DNA from: Polyangiaceae bacterium
Lineage (GTDB): Bacteria; Myxococcota_A; Polyangia; Polyangiales; Polyangiaceae
Direction: 5' to 3'
NCBI GenBank assembly: GCA_035063585.1
Contig: JAPSGB010000006.1
Coordinates: forward strand, 78,388 to 142,387
DNA length: 64,000 bases
Shown: positions 11,346-22,300 of the stretch, in pieces
Layout of the letters: every line of letters begins with the position of its first letter
How positions within the stretch are numbered: position 1 is the stretch's first letter
Made by a program: the position numbers and the translations under genes
Notes under the pieces: generated by a model
Seen by the model: only the letters and a program-made list of their open reading frames with translations
Told to the model about the DNA's origin: nothing
Databases searched by the model: none

Positions 11346-11796
11346 GATGAGCTCGGATAGAAGCGAGGCGATGCGTGCGCAAGCTCCGCCGTTCCCATGT
11401 TCCTGCGCGCCTTGGTCACCGCTGCGGACGCGCTCACCCGCTCCCTCGGCTGCCTCGGCGAAGGCCCAGAGCCTCCACGGCTCGCTCCCCCGAGGAGGCC
11501 CCGGTTGGTCATCAGCCCCGCGCCACGGCAGAGACTCAGCAGCCTCGGCGGAGACTCCAACGGGCAGATGGAGAGGTTCGCGGGGTGGCGCGCCCTCGCC
11601 GCGGTCGCGTGACATGCGGATGTGCGTCTGGTCGCCTCTGCAGCGGCGACCAGGGCGGCTCAGCCGCGTGCGTCGATGACCTCGGATGCCGAACCGAGCC
11701 GCCTTCGGGCGTCGTTCGCCCCGGTCGAAGCCTTCCGCAGAGGACGTCCGCTCTTGCTCTCATCTCCGCGCCGACACGCTGCTACGCTGTGCGCGC

Positions 11797-12093
11797 GTGA
11801 GCGAGACGGGACTCCCCGACTGCGTCGCCCGGCTGCTCTGGGACATGGACGTCGAGCGGCTCGATCTGGACCGTGCCCGCAAGCTCATCATGGAGCGGGT
11901 GATGTCGCGCGGGGGCTGGGAGGCGATGAAGTGGCTGCGCGCGCGATCTTCGCGCGAGGAGCTGGCGGAGTATCTGCTGCGCCGCGGCGCGCTGCGGCTC
12001 AGCCCCCGCGATCTCGCGTACTGGGCGCTCGTGTGCGACCTGAACGTCGAGGTCGGCCCGGGCGGCGGCCGGCCGCCGTGGGCTGGGCCCTGA
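11797..12093 (+). CDS. DUF6922-like small protein (usual partner of AbiEii-type nucleotidyltransferases)
   Basis: LLWDMDVERLDLDRARKLIMERVMSRGGWEAMKWL..LSPRDLAYW pattern; overlaps the start of the toxin-like gene. Confidence 0.75.
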   Translation: MSETGLPDCVARLLWDMDVERLDLDRARKLIMERVMSRGGWEAMKWLRARSSREELAEYLLRRGALRLSPRDLAYWALVCDLNVEVGPGGGRPPWAGP

Positions 12094-12435
12094 AGGGGAT
12101 CACCGCCGAGCAGCTCGCCGTGCTGAGCCGCCTCGGCCCCGCGCTGGAGCCGGACACCTACCTGGCAGGCGATGTCGGTGTGGCGATGATAGTGGGCCAT
12201 GGTCGCTCGAATGACCTGGATCTGTTCGTGCCGCGTGAGTTCGACGCCGCGAGGCTCGAAGAGCGGATCGCGGCCGTCGTGCAGGGTGCGAAGGTCGTCG
12301 GGCGCGCGCGGCACGCTGCACCTCGAAGTGGACGCGACCCCCGTCAGCATCTTGTCGTATCGATACGGTGCGGTTTCGCCCGTGACCGAAGATGCGGCCC
12401 TGCCCGTGCCCCGGGCCTCGCCGGAGGACGTGCTC
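12078..12435 (+). pseudogene. AbiEii/AbiGii-family nucleotidyltransferase pseudogene
   Basis: YLAGDVGVAMIVGHGRSNDLDLF (compare YLAGGTALAL..GHRxSxDLDF); frameshift near 12308; continues GTLHL..VSILSYRY..ASPEDVL and then breaks off. Confidence 0.75.
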
Positions 12436-12808
12436 AGACCATCAGACGGGCGTTTACAACTGCGGGAGCTGCGGCAACGTGTGCCTGGCGGTCGACTTCC
12501 GCACGTGCGTGTCGGGGGTCTGCGTCTGCGACGCCGGAAAGAGCGACTGCGGGCAGCCAGGCTGCGTCGACCTCACGACGAACGAGAAGCATTGTGGCGC
12601 ATGCAGGCAACGCCTGCGGCGCGGGGTTCGTCTGCGCGGGGGGACAGTGCCTCGGAAGAACGTGCACTTCACCGACGCCAGCACTGGCACGGTGAACGCC
12701 GTGCCGAAGGCGGGCGGCGCGATCGCGGTGCTCGGGGCGCCGATCGCGTCGGATGGCCAATACCTCTACGACGTCAACGGCGCGAAGCTCGTGCGCGCTC
12801 AACGGTAG
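12436..12808 (+). pseudogene. Fragment of a Cys-rich (Stig1-like) myxobacterial surface protein
   Basis: NCGSCGNVC..CVSGVCVC..CVDLTTNEKHCGAC, frameshift near 12606, then GNACGAGFVCAGGQC; no plausible start. Confidence 0.6.
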
Positions 12809-13080
12809 CCCACCTGCCCTCGCTGCTCACGCCCTACCTCATGCACAGCCTTCTACGACAGTTCATCGAAGCGTTCGGCGCGGCCGGTAGTCTCCGGATT
12901 CGACGTCACGCCCAGGTTGCGGTAAACCCGCGGCGGTCGTTGGGCGCACCCACCCGGAACCATGATCCTGGCGTTCAGTGCATCCCTGAGGGTGGCGAGT
13001 GGCAGCGGCTGCTCGTCGCAAACCACGCCGCGCGACGGCGACCGGCAAGGGCACGCGCGGCCGCCTGAGGAAGCGCAGCC

Positions 13081-13722
13081 ATGATGTGGCTGCCGGTGGG
13101 GATCACGCTGGTGGTGATGCTCATCGTCGCGGCAGCCTTCCTGAGCCAGGGGCGCAGCAATTGGGACTTGGGAGACCTGTCCCTGGTGCTGGTCATATCG
13201 GTGTACGTCACCGGGCTCAGCATCGGGTTTCTCGTCACGGCGTTCGCCTCGCCCACGCTCGAGACCTGGCCGTGGGCCATCGGCGTGCGCGCCGCTTGGC
13301 AGCTCGGCGGTACGCTGCTCGTCCTCGCCCATATCTGGCGCTCCAAGGGCATGAGTTGGCGTCGCGGCGGCCGTCCCGCGTGGGCGTTGGCAGGTATCGC
13401 CTCCGCGCTGGGGCTCGCAGCCGCGTACAACCCCGTCCGCGATCTCGTGGCCGGTCCGGCCGTGTTGCGCGTGACCGACTTTGACGTGGCGCACGTGCGC
13501 GCGGTCTACCGCCGGGGCGGGCCGGGAGAGAGCATCTTCGCCACCATGCAGGCGAGCAGTCCCGATGGACGACCGCGCACGCTCGACTTGGCGGGCTGGG
13601 GCGCGAACACGGCAGAAGAGATGCTCGGTCAATGTGAGTCCCCGGTCGGGGCCACCGTGACCGTGCTCGCGCATGTGGAACGGGTGCTCGAGGTGCGTTG
13701 CCCTGACGGAGCGAACGAATAG
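13081..13722 (+). CDS. Hypothetical membrane protein (about 4 TM helices plus C-terminal domain)
   Basis: 213-aa ORF with hydrophobic helices; GAGGA upstream of the ATG. Confidence 0.7.
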   Translation: MMWLPVGITLVVMLIVAAAFLSQGRSNWDLGDLSLVLVISVYVTGLSIGFLVTAFASPTLETWPWAIGVRAAWQLGGTLLVLAHIWRSKGMSWRRGGRPAWALAGIASALGLAAAYNPVRDLVAGPAVLRVTDFDVAHVRAVYRRGGPGESIFATMQASSPDGRPRTLDLAGWGANTAEEMLGQCESPVGATVTVLAHVERVLEVRCPDGANE

Positions 13723-14115
13723 GGCACGGTGCCTGCTGCCGAGGGACACGCGTGCCCATCCGAACGCGATCGCCCGCGACCGGCAAGCGTAGTTCCAGCC
13801 CCCTTGATGAGCCCTTCCATAGCGGCTCCGCCGCGCGTGTGGCTCGGCGCGGGCTCCAAGCGTCCCGCACCGGAGGGATCGCCCGCGATGCTTCGCATCG
13901 AGCTAGCGCCAATCGCCGACCTCGATGCTGAAGTAGGCTTCGTGCGGCCCGCAGCTAGCGTGGGATGGTTCAGGTAGGCGGCGCTCGATGAGCGCGGCCC
14001 GGAGGGCGTCGGGGCGAGGGCGCGGTCGTTGCTCGCGCTGGTCGTCTCGCGGAGCTTCCTCTTCTTGCCGCGGCGCCTGGTGGCGCGCGACGCTCGCCTG
14101 GTCTAGAACGCGGGC

Positions 14116-14787
14116 GTGAAGCTCACCCAGGCCGCGCAGCTCGCCTTCGTGCTGGTCGCGGCCGTGACCGTCTACTCGTTCGTCTCGACGGCGCGCGACG
14201 GCGAGCGGCGCCGCATCTGCACGCCGCTCTGTGCGCTGTCACCGACCTACGCGGGCGTGAACCGCACGGCACCCGATTTCGAGCTCACCTCGACCGATGG
14301 GGTCAAGGTTGCGCTCTCGAGCTATCGCGGCAAGGTCGTGCTCCTGAACTTCTGGACCAAGACCTGCGGCCCCTGCTTGAAGGAGCTGCCCTCCCTCGCC
14401 GAGCTCGGGCAGATCCTGCGGAAGCGCGACGACATCGCGCTGCTCACGGTCTCCACGGACGAGAGCGCCGAGGACGTTCGCGCGACGCTCGCTTCGGTGC
14501 TCGGCTCCGAGCGGCCCGCGTTCGTGACGCTGGTGGATCCGGACGCCGCCGTGGTGCGAGAGCGCTTCGGAACGCGTCTATACCCGGAGACGTGGTTCAT
14601 CGACGGCGAGGGCGTGATTCGAGCCCGAATCGACGGCGCGCGCGACTGGACGTCCGCGGCGGCGGTCGAGTTCGCCAAGAGCCTGAGGGATCCGCAGGCG
14701 TGCTCCATCGAGTACTCGCGCGGCTCACCGGTCGGTGCCTTCGCCAGCCTGTGCCAGGACTACGGCGGTCAGCGGGGAGCACCATGA
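14116..14787 (+). CDS. TlpA/ResA-type thioredoxin-fold disulfide reductase
   Basis: N-terminal anchor, APDFEL, LLNFWTKTCGPC (CxxC), YPETWFID. Confidence 0.88.
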   Translation: MKLTQAAQLAFVLVAAVTVYSFVSTARDGERRRICTPLCALSPTYAGVNRTAPDFELTSTDGVKVALSSYRGKVVLLNFWTKTCGPCLKELPSLAELGQILRKRDDIALLTVSTDESAEDVRATLASVLGSERPAFVTLVDPDAAVVRERFGTRLYPETWFIDGEGVIRARIDGARDWTSAAAVEFAKSLRDPQACSIEYSRGSPVGAFASLCQDYGGQRGAP

Positions 14788-15047
14788 AGACCATCGTCTG
14801 CCGCTGCGAAGACGTGAGCCTCGACGAGCTCGAGCATGCGATCGAGCTCGGGTACACGGACATCGAGTCGCTCAAACGCTACACGGGGTTCGGGACGGGC
14901 TGGTGCCAGGGCAAGAGCTGCCTCGCGCAGTGCGCCCGCGAGCTGGCGGCGCGCGGCGGAGATCCCGCGCAAGGGTTCACCCCCCGACCGCCGTACCATC
15001 CGGCCACGTTGGCGGAGCTCGCGGGACTCGATCCGGACTGGGAGTGA
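14784..15047 (+). CDS. Small BFD-like (2Fe-2S)-binding protein
   Basis: IVCRCEDV..LKRYTGFGTGWCQGKSC..FTPRPP; ATGA overlap with the upstream gene. Confidence 0.85.
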   Translation: MKTIVCRCEDVSLDELEHAIELGYTDIESLKRYTGFGTGWCQGKSCLAQCARELAARGGDPAQGFTPRPPYHPATLAELAGLDPDWE

Positions 15048-15067
15048 GCGCCCCCGCGCGAGGGATG

Positions 15068-15433
15068 TCAGGTCCCCTCGTATTCGCAGCGCGAATCGCA
15101 CGTCTCGTGGACGGTGACCCGGACCAGCGACGGCAGCTTCGGCCGGAGCCGCTCCCAGACCCAGATCGCGAGGTTCTCACTGGTTGGGTTCGAGAGCCCT
15201 TCGACCTCGTTCAGATACCGGTGATCGAGCAGCTCGTGGAGCGGCTGCCACAGGTCGTCCACGTCCCCGAAGTCGATGAACCAGCCGGAGGTCTGATCGA
15301 CCGGCCCCGCGATCGTAAGGTCCACCTTGAAGCTGTGTCCGTGTAGCCTTTGGCACTTGTGCCCGGGCGGCACGCTCGGGAGGCGATGAGCCGCCTCGAA
15401 CCTGTATTCCTTCACGAGCCGGACGTTCGCCAC
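15068..15433 (-). CDS. queD: 6-carboxy-5,6,7,8-tetrahydropterin synthase
   Basis: FEAAHRLP..HKCQRLHGHSF..LDHRYLNE..NPTSENLA..VHET. Confidence 0.95.
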   Translation of the reverse strand: MANVRLVKEYRFEAAHRLPSVPPGHKCQRLHGHSFKVDLTIAGPVDQTSGWFIDFGDVDDLWQPLHELLDHRYLNEVEGLSNPTSENLAIWVWERLRPKLPSLVRVTVHETCDSRCEYEGT

Positions 15434-15452
15434 GCCGCCAGGCTAGCACCGT

Positions 15453-17057
15453 TCAGCCGGGCAGCAGCACCCCGGGGTTCATCACGCCGGAGGGATCGAG
15501 CGCGCCCTTCGCCGCCGCGAGCGCGCTCGCGAAGAGCGCGGGTCGCTCACGCTCGTAGTAGGGCCGAACGTCGCGGCCCACCGCGTGGTGGTGCGTCACG
15601 GTCCCGCCGTGCTCGAGCATCGCGCCGGTGACGGCCGCCTTGATGACGTCCCACTGGGCGAGCTCGCGCCCCCGCTCGGCCGGCGCGATGACCGTGAAGT
15701 ACGGGGCCGCGCCGTCGGGGTACGCGTGCGTGATGCGGCAGGTAACCAGCGCGCGAGGCGCGCCGGTCTCCCGCGCCGCTCGCGCGGCGGCCTCACGGAC
15801 CGCCTCGTGCAGGCTCGCGAAGCGGTCCCAGGTGGTCGCCGTCTCGAAGGTGTCGATGAGGACGCCGAGCCGAACCAGCTCGTCGCGCAGGTAGGGCGCG
15901 CGCAGAAACGCGCTCCGCCAGGCGGCGGCGTCGCCGTCGCGCAGCTTCTCCTCGTGGCGACCGAGCCTCACCGCGCCCTCGGGGAGCTCCCCTCCGGCCT
16001 CGCGGCAGAGCTCGGCGGCGCGCTCGATGAAGGGCTCGAGCGGATGATCGGCGGACTCGAAGCCGACCAGGAGCACCGCGCGCTCCCCGCCGCCCGCGCC
16101 GTTCAACAGGGCCTCGAGCGGATCGACGAGGCGACAATTGGCAGGGTGAAGCCCCGACTGCGCGATACGCCTCACCGCCTCGGCGCCCGCGAGAAACTCG
16201 GGGAAGCGCGCGCTCAAGCTCGCGCGGAAGCGCGGGCGCTCGAACACCCGCATCCAGGCCTCGGTGATGACGCCCAAGATGCCCTCCGAACCGATGAAGA
16301 GCCGCTCCGGGCTCGGGCCCGCGCCGGACCCGGGGAGCCGCCGCGTCTCGATCGGACCCGCCGGCGTGAGCACTCGCAGCCCCTCGACGAGCTCGTCGAT
16401 GTGCGTGTAGAGGGTGGCGAAATGCCCGCCGGAGCGGGTGGCGATCCACCCGCCGAGCGTCGAAAACTCGAACGACTGCGGGTAGTGCCGGAGCGAGAGG
16501 CCGTGCTCGCGGAGCTGGTCTTCGAGGATCGGCCCGAGCGCGCCCGCCTGAATGCGCGCCGCGCGGGAGACGCGATCCACCTCGAGCACGCGATCGAGCC
16601 GCGTGAGGTCGAGGCTCAGCGTTCCGGCGAAGGAAGGGCCGACCTTCGGCTCGACGCCGCCGCACACCGAGGACCCGCCTCCGAAGGGGATGACGGCGAG
16701 CCGCGCGTCCGCGGCAAAATCGAGGAGCCTCACCACGTCGTCCTCGCTACCGGGGAAAGCGACCAGGTCCGGGGGCTCGTCGAACGAGCGCGCGAGCGCC
16801 CGCACCACGTCACGATACGATTTTCCGTAGCTGTGCGAGGCGCGTGAGAACGGATCGGTGCGGATGAGCCCCGCGAGCGAGGCGGGCGGCGTCACGCGAG
16901 GTGCGCGGAGCGCGAGCTCCTCGAGCCGTGGCACGGGCGCGCGCGCCACCTGCTCGAGCCCGAGCATCGGGGCGAGCCCGGCCTCGACGAGCGCGAGCTG
17001 AGTCGCGTCCGGTCCCGCGTCGTCGTAGCCCCAGCCCCAGAAGCGTCGCGTGCTCAC
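15453..17057 (-). CDS. FAD-binding oxidoreductase, alkyl-DHAP-synthase-like
   Basis: FWGWG, PFGGGSSV, HYPQSFEFSTLGGWIATRSGG, GSEGILGVIT, THHHAVG, NPGVL. Confidence 0.85.
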   Translation of the reverse strand: MSTRRFWGWGYDDAGPDATQLALVEAGLAPMLGLEQVARAPVPRLEELALRAPRVTPPASLAGLIRTDPFSRASHSYGKSYRDVVRALARSFDEPPDLVAFPGSEDDVVRLLDFAADARLAVIPFGGGSSVCGGVEPKVGPSFAGTLSLDLTRLDRVLEVDRVSRAARIQAGALGPILEDQLREHGLSLRHYPQSFEFSTLGGWIATRSGGHFATLYTHIDELVEGLRVLTPAGPIETRRLPGSGAGPSPERLFIGSEGILGVITEAWMRVFERPRFRASLSARFPEFLAGAEAVRRIAQSGLHPANCRLVDPLEALLNGAGGGERAVLLVGFESADHPLEPFIERAAELCREAGGELPEGAVRLGRHEEKLRDGDAAAWRSAFLRAPYLRDELVRLGVLIDTFETATTWDRFASLHEAVREAAARAARETGAPRALVTCRITHAYPDGAAPYFTVIAPAERGRELAQWDVIKAAVTGAMLEHGGTVTHHHAVGRDVRPYYERERPALFASALAAAKGALDPSGVMNPGVLLPG

Positions 17058-17147
17058 GCCGCGAGTATCGTCTCGGGGGCTCCGCGCGGCAACGACCCGC
17101 GCGCGGTTCCGCGCCGGACCGACATCCCTACCGGAGCTCACTCTCGC

Positions 17148-19178
17148 TCACGGATACGCCGGCCCTACCGTGGCGTGCGCGGCGCCGAGCGCGCTCCGGA
17201 AGAACCCGACATACTGCGCGTTCGCCTCGGGCGAGAAGATGAGCTCGCCGTGGGTCGCGAGCTTGCCGCCCTCGATCCGATCGAATTGCGAGACCACCAT
17301 GGTCGCGCCGTTCGGGCCGTTGCCGGTGAGCGGCGCGCTCGCGACGGACATCCCCGAGATGGGATGAACCTCGTGCTCGAGCTGCATCCCGAACGCGCGC
17401 GCGAGCGCCTCGGTGGTCGAATTCGGCACGATGGAGTCGGCGTGGACCTCCTGCAGGAGCACGTCTCGCGGGGTCCACTCGGCCACGCCATCGAGCGGCT
17501 CGCCGGCCATGTAGCGCGCAAAATTCAGCGGATCGCCCGGATCGACGATCGCCTGGGTCGCGGCCATGAAGCGCGCCACCGCGCCATAGGGAGTTCCCGG
17601 TGGAACAAATCCCTTCACGACCAGGTTGAACGTGTTGGAGTCGCGAAGCAGCATCATGAGTCCGGCCCCGCCCACGTTGAGCGTCGCGGCGGTGACCTCG
17701 GGCGCGACGGCGAGCAGCGTGGCCGCTTGCACCGAGCCGAACGAGTGTCCGATGTAGAAGATGCGCGAGACGTCGAGGTCCGGCACGCCGTCGGGATCGG
17801 GGTTGCCGCTCGGGTCGAGCGGCAAGAGATCGAGGCTCGCGAGGGACCGGATGAACCGGACCAGCTCGAGCTGATCGGAGGCCATTTGGCGGAAATTGTC
17901 CCGCGCGCGCTCGATGTCGAAGTCGTTGCTCTCGGCGTCGATACCGAAGAACCCGTAGACGCTGTTGATGACGTTGGTCTCGCCCTTCGCGCGGGAGCCG
18001 TGCTCCGGCGAGTCGATCGCGAACACCGCCACGCCGTCGGGGCCGACGCCGGCGAGCCGCTGCGTGGTCCCCCAGCACCCGTCCTTGTCGCCACCGAGAC
18101 CGTGCTGATAGATGACGACCGGGCGGGGCCCGCTCCGGGTCGCGTCCGAGAAGGCGAGGAAGGCCTCGAGATCGACGGTCTTCTCGGCGATCGGCGCGCC
18201 GTCGGCGCCGAGCGTCCACTTGCCGTGTGCGAAGGCGAGCGATTCGCCGGGAGCGCGCGGCTTGCGATACTCGGGCGCGGCGTAGGTCGCACGGAAGCGC
18301 ACGCGGGTATCGGGCGCGGTGCGGGGCGTCTCGATCGACCACGGGGCGGTCTCGGCCGGGGGCGCGGCGGCGCGATGCTGCTTGGCCATGGCCACCACGC
18401 CGTCCTCGACGCTGGCGGTGGTGAACACGGTCGCGCCGACCACGTGTCGCCGCGAGACGCCGGTGCTCTCGGAGACTAGCTCGAGCGCGTCGCGAAGCTC
18501 GCGACCGTAGTCGTCGCTCGGACGCTCGAGGAGCTCGTGCATGTCCGGCGAGCGCCCGACCGGCGTGCCGTCGGCAGCGAGCAGCCGATCGGTGACGACG
18601 AGCGCGTAGCGCCGGTGAGACGCGAGCGGCACGGCGGGGGTCGCGAGGAGCGTATACTCGTCGGTGGTGTAGTAGTCGTCCTTGGCTTGCGCGTAGTAGG
18701 TGGGGACGAGCCCGACCACGCTGCCCTGCTCCGGCGAGCTCGGGTCGACGTCGACGAGCAAGAGCGGTGAGTCGGCGCCGGCGTAGTCATTCGCGTCGCG
18801 CACCGGACCGAGCACGGGTGGGTCCGCGTCCGGCAGCTCGACGAGCCCACGCGGATCGATGGGGGCGCTGAGCCGCACGAACACCCCGCCGGTGGGGGAA
18901 AAGCCGTCCATGGCGGACAGCTCCTCGGCCGCGACCGGGTAGCGCTCGATCAGCTCGTCGGCGGTGGTCTCCGGGGTGATCTCCACGCGCCGTCCGGTCC
19001 GCGTGGCGGGGTCGGTGGCCGTGTAGCGATCCGACGGATAGAGCGTGAGCTCGGTCTCGGCGCGCGGGCCGTAGAGCACGACCGACGACGCCGGACGCGG
19101 CGATGCCTCCTCGCCGCCGGAGCAGCCCACGAGCGCCGCCCCGAGCGCGAGCCCCAACCAAACGCAGCGTCGAGCCAT
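17148..19178 (-). CDS. Lipoprotein with Ig-like N-terminus and alpha/beta-hydrolase (lipase-like) domain
   Basis: Lipobox LVGC, DGFSP, QHGLG, GHSFG nucleophile elbow, DSIVPN, late His (THG). Confidence 0.78.
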   Translation of the reverse strand: MARRCVWLGLALGAALVGCSGGEEASPRPASSVVLYGPRAETELTLYPSDRYTATDPATRTGRRVEITPETTADELIERYPVAAEELSAMDGFSPTGGVFVRLSAPIDPRGLVELPDADPPVLGPVRDANDYAGADSPLLLVDVDPSSPEQGSVVGLVPTYYAQAKDDYYTTDEYTLLATPAVPLASHRRYALVVTDRLLAADGTPVGRSPDMHELLERPSDDYGRELRDALELVSESTGVSRRHVVGATVFTTASVEDGVVAMAKQHRAAAPPAETAPWSIETPRTAPDTRVRFRATYAAPEYRKPRAPGESLAFAHGKWTLGADGAPIAEKTVDLEAFLAFSDATRSGPRPVVIYQHGLGGDKDGCWGTTQRLAGVGPDGVAVFAIDSPEHGSRAKGETNVINSVYGFFGIDAESNDFDIERARDNFRQMASDQLELVRFIRSLASLDLLPLDPSGNPDPDGVPDLDVSRIFYIGHSFGSVQAATLLAVAPEVTAATLNVGGAGLMMLLRDSNTFNLVVKGFVPPGTPYGAVARFMAATQAIVDPGDPLNFARYMAGEPLDGVAEWTPRDVLLQEVHADSIVPNSTTEALARAFGMQLEHEVHPISGMSVASAPLTGNGPNGATMVVSQFDRIEGGKLATHGELIFSPEANAQYVGFFRSALGAAHATVGPAYP

Positions 19179-19365
19179 GTCGAGCACGGTATCCGAACCG
19201 GCCGGCCAGACAACCACTCTCTGCGACGACGGCGACGACGCGCGCTCGGCGCAGGCCGCCCGGTGGAGCGCCCGGCCGTCGTCGCGCGAAGGGTGAAACC
19301 CGCTGAATTTGCGCCACAAGTGAGCGTTCCCCGGCTCGCCGCGATAGGCTCCGAGTCCATCAGCG

Positions 19366-22300
19366 ATGCGCGCTCGCAGGCCTGCCCGCCGCTACCGACG
19401 CCCGTGGGACGTCCCGCGGCTGGTGGCGCGTGCCCTGTGCCTGCTGTTCGGCCTGGTGGGCGCCCTCCCTCTGCTCGGCGGCGTGCTCCTACGCTCGGAG
19501 CCGGTGCGTCGCTGGGCGGCCGCCGAGACGGCGCGAGTCCTCGAGCGGGAGCTCGGCGTCACGGCCACCTACCAGGTCGAGGTCACGCTCTGGCCGCTCG
19601 CGGTCTCGGTCCACGATCTCGAGGTGCCGTCGCTCGACGGTGGCACGCCGGCGCTGTCGATTCGGCGCGTCTCGGTCGCGCCGCGAGTGTTCGCGTTGCT
19701 GGCGGGGCGACTCGACGCGGGCGACATCGAGATCGACGCGCCGAGCGCGCGGCTGGTCGTCAGGGACGGCGCGCTCGTCAACGTCGCGTATCGCGTGCCG
19801 GAGCAGCGCGCACCCGCTCGCGAGCTCGAGCAGGCGCCGTTCTCGTCCATCTCGGTCACCGACGCGCGGCTCGACCTCGACGTCGACGGCGTGCGGGTCG
19901 TGACCGGGCCCACGGACATCGACGTCTTCGCGGACAAGGGGCCAAGCTTCGAGGTCGCGCTCCGCTCCGGCGCGACCGAGGTGACCCGCACGCGGACCGT
20001 GCGCGTCGAGGCGAGCCCGAACGCGAGCGAGCCGAAGCTCGAGACCGACGCCGAGGGCCGCCGCTTCGAGCGGCGCCGAGCGGTGGACGAAGACGTCCTC
20101 TGCCGCCTCGATCTACGCGCCCGGTACGCTCGCGGCGAGATCCTCGTTCGACGGCTGTCACTGCAAGGCGAGGCGGATCGCGATCCCGCACCAGGCACCA
20201 GGCCGAGTTGCCGGGCCGGCGCGGCCGGCGGCGAGGGTGAGTGGCACCTGGCGGCTCGGCTCTCGGAGCTGCGCTTCGGGAAGCGCGCAGGCGAGCAGCC
20301 GTTCGTCGACGGACAGGTGATGGCGCGCGCGCCGGCTGGCCTGGTGAACCGCTTCGTCGAGACCAGCACGGTCTTCGGCTGGGTCGGCGTGAGCGGCGAG
20401 CTTCGCTACGACGGGACCACGAAGCTTCCAAAATTCAAGGGGACGGTGCAAGGCGGCTCGCTCGGCCTCGATGTCTATCACCTCGCCAAGACGCTCGCCG
20501 CCAGCGTCGAGCTCTCGAACGAGCAGGTCCGGATCGCTCGCTTCGAGATGGAGTTTGCCGACGGTCACACCGTCTTGACCGACGGGCTCATCGAGCCGCT
20601 CGCGGCGGGCGCGCCGATCCGGGTGGCCAAGGTCGAGAGCGCGGACATGACCTTCGAGGGGTTGATGCGAGATCTCGGCGTGACGCCGGGCACCGTCGTA
20701 GCGTGGCGCCTACGCAAGACGCGGGTTACGAAGATCGGCGGCACGCTCGCGCCGCTCCGCATCGACGCAGAGCTCGCCGCGGAGACCACTGGTTTCGAGG
20801 TCTTCGATCGGGCGTTCCACGATCCCGGTCGAAAGCACATGGTCGGGGTGCGCGCCGCGAACGTCAAAGGCCGGATCGGTGTCCGCCCCGACGCCTTCGA
20901 GATCTACGACACCCGCGCCGACTTCGGGAAGAGCTCGCTCTACACGCGCCTGGTCAGCATCGGATTTCACAACGACATCAGGGTCGTGGTGGACAAATCC
21001 TCCAAGCTCGACCTCGCCGACATCTCGCCGCTCGTGAACATCCCCATGGCGGGGAGCGCCCAGCTCGACGTGGACATGGCCGGCAAGAGCGGAAATCCGC
21101 TGCTCACCGGCAATCTCTCGATCCAGGGCTTCGAGTTCGGCGGGTTCCCCATCGGAGACCTCAAGGGAGCGAAGGTCACGTTCCGTCCGCTCTGGCTCGC
21201 GATCACCGACGCGCGCGGCAAGAAGGGGAAGAGCGAGTTCCGCGTGCCGAGCGCGCGGCTCGACTTCGACACGCGGGCCTCCGTCGTGGTGGACGCCGAC
21301 GTCCAGAGCGAGCGCTTCGATCTGCGCGATTTTCTGGCCATCTGGCTCTTCGACACCGATCCGCGCTGGGACGAGGTCAAGGGCGAGGCCGCGGTCGGCG
21401 CCCGCGTCCACTACGTCCTCGGAGGGCCCGAGGATCGCTGCGGTGATGGAAACCTGCGAGTCACCGGCCAGGCCAGCTTCAAGCACCTCGACTTGTTCGA
21501 GGAGCGCTACGACTCGGGCAAGGCAGACTTCGACTTCCGCTGGGCGGACGCGAGGGCGAGCTACCTCGGCTTCGATCTCGCTCTGCCGAGCGTGAGCCTG
21601 GTGAAGGGGAGCGGTACCCTGCTCGGTTCGGTGCGGGTGACGCCGGGCGGCGTGGTCCGCGGGAACCTGGTGGCCACCGCGGTGCCGCTCTCCAAGCTCG
21701 ACGCGCTCGGCGCGCTCGGATACGCCCTCGAGGGCGAGGCGAGCGGCGTCGCCGAGGTCGGCGGGACCATCGACGCCCTCAGCTTGAGCGCGGACGTTCG
21801 TGTCTCGCCGCTCCGCGTGGGCGGAGCACGTCTCGGCGGCTCGAACCTCGCGGTCCGGCTGGTCCCGCGCGCGCGCGCGCGCCGGAGCCTCGGCACCACG
21901 CGGTGCGGGCAGCCGATCCCCGCGCCCTTCGAACGCGCGGAGTTCGAGCGCGACGAGCCCGACGGCGTCTTTCACGTCGACGGCCGGATGTTCGGAGGAC
22001 AGGTCGCGCTCGCCGATTTGCAGGTCACGCGCCAGCGAAAGAAGCATGTCTTCGGCGACGTGGACTTCGCCTCGCTCGATCTCGGCGCGGTGGCTCAGCT
22101 CGCGCCGGCCTTGGCGGCCGTCGACTCGCCGCCACGAGGGCGGCTCAGCGGGAGGCTGCACCTCGCGGATCTCCCGCTCGACGATCCCGCGCGCGCGGAC
22201 GCGACCTTCGCCATCTCCACGCTCGAGGTGAAGCGGGGCGAGCTGGGCGCGAGGCTCTTGCCCGACACGCGCCCGGTGCGACTTCACGAGTCCACGCTCG

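Noticed and set aside
12810..13080. Possible gene remnant or RNA in a lower-GC spacer (also 13723-14100)
   Set aside because: No recognisable motif in any frame and no convincing structure.
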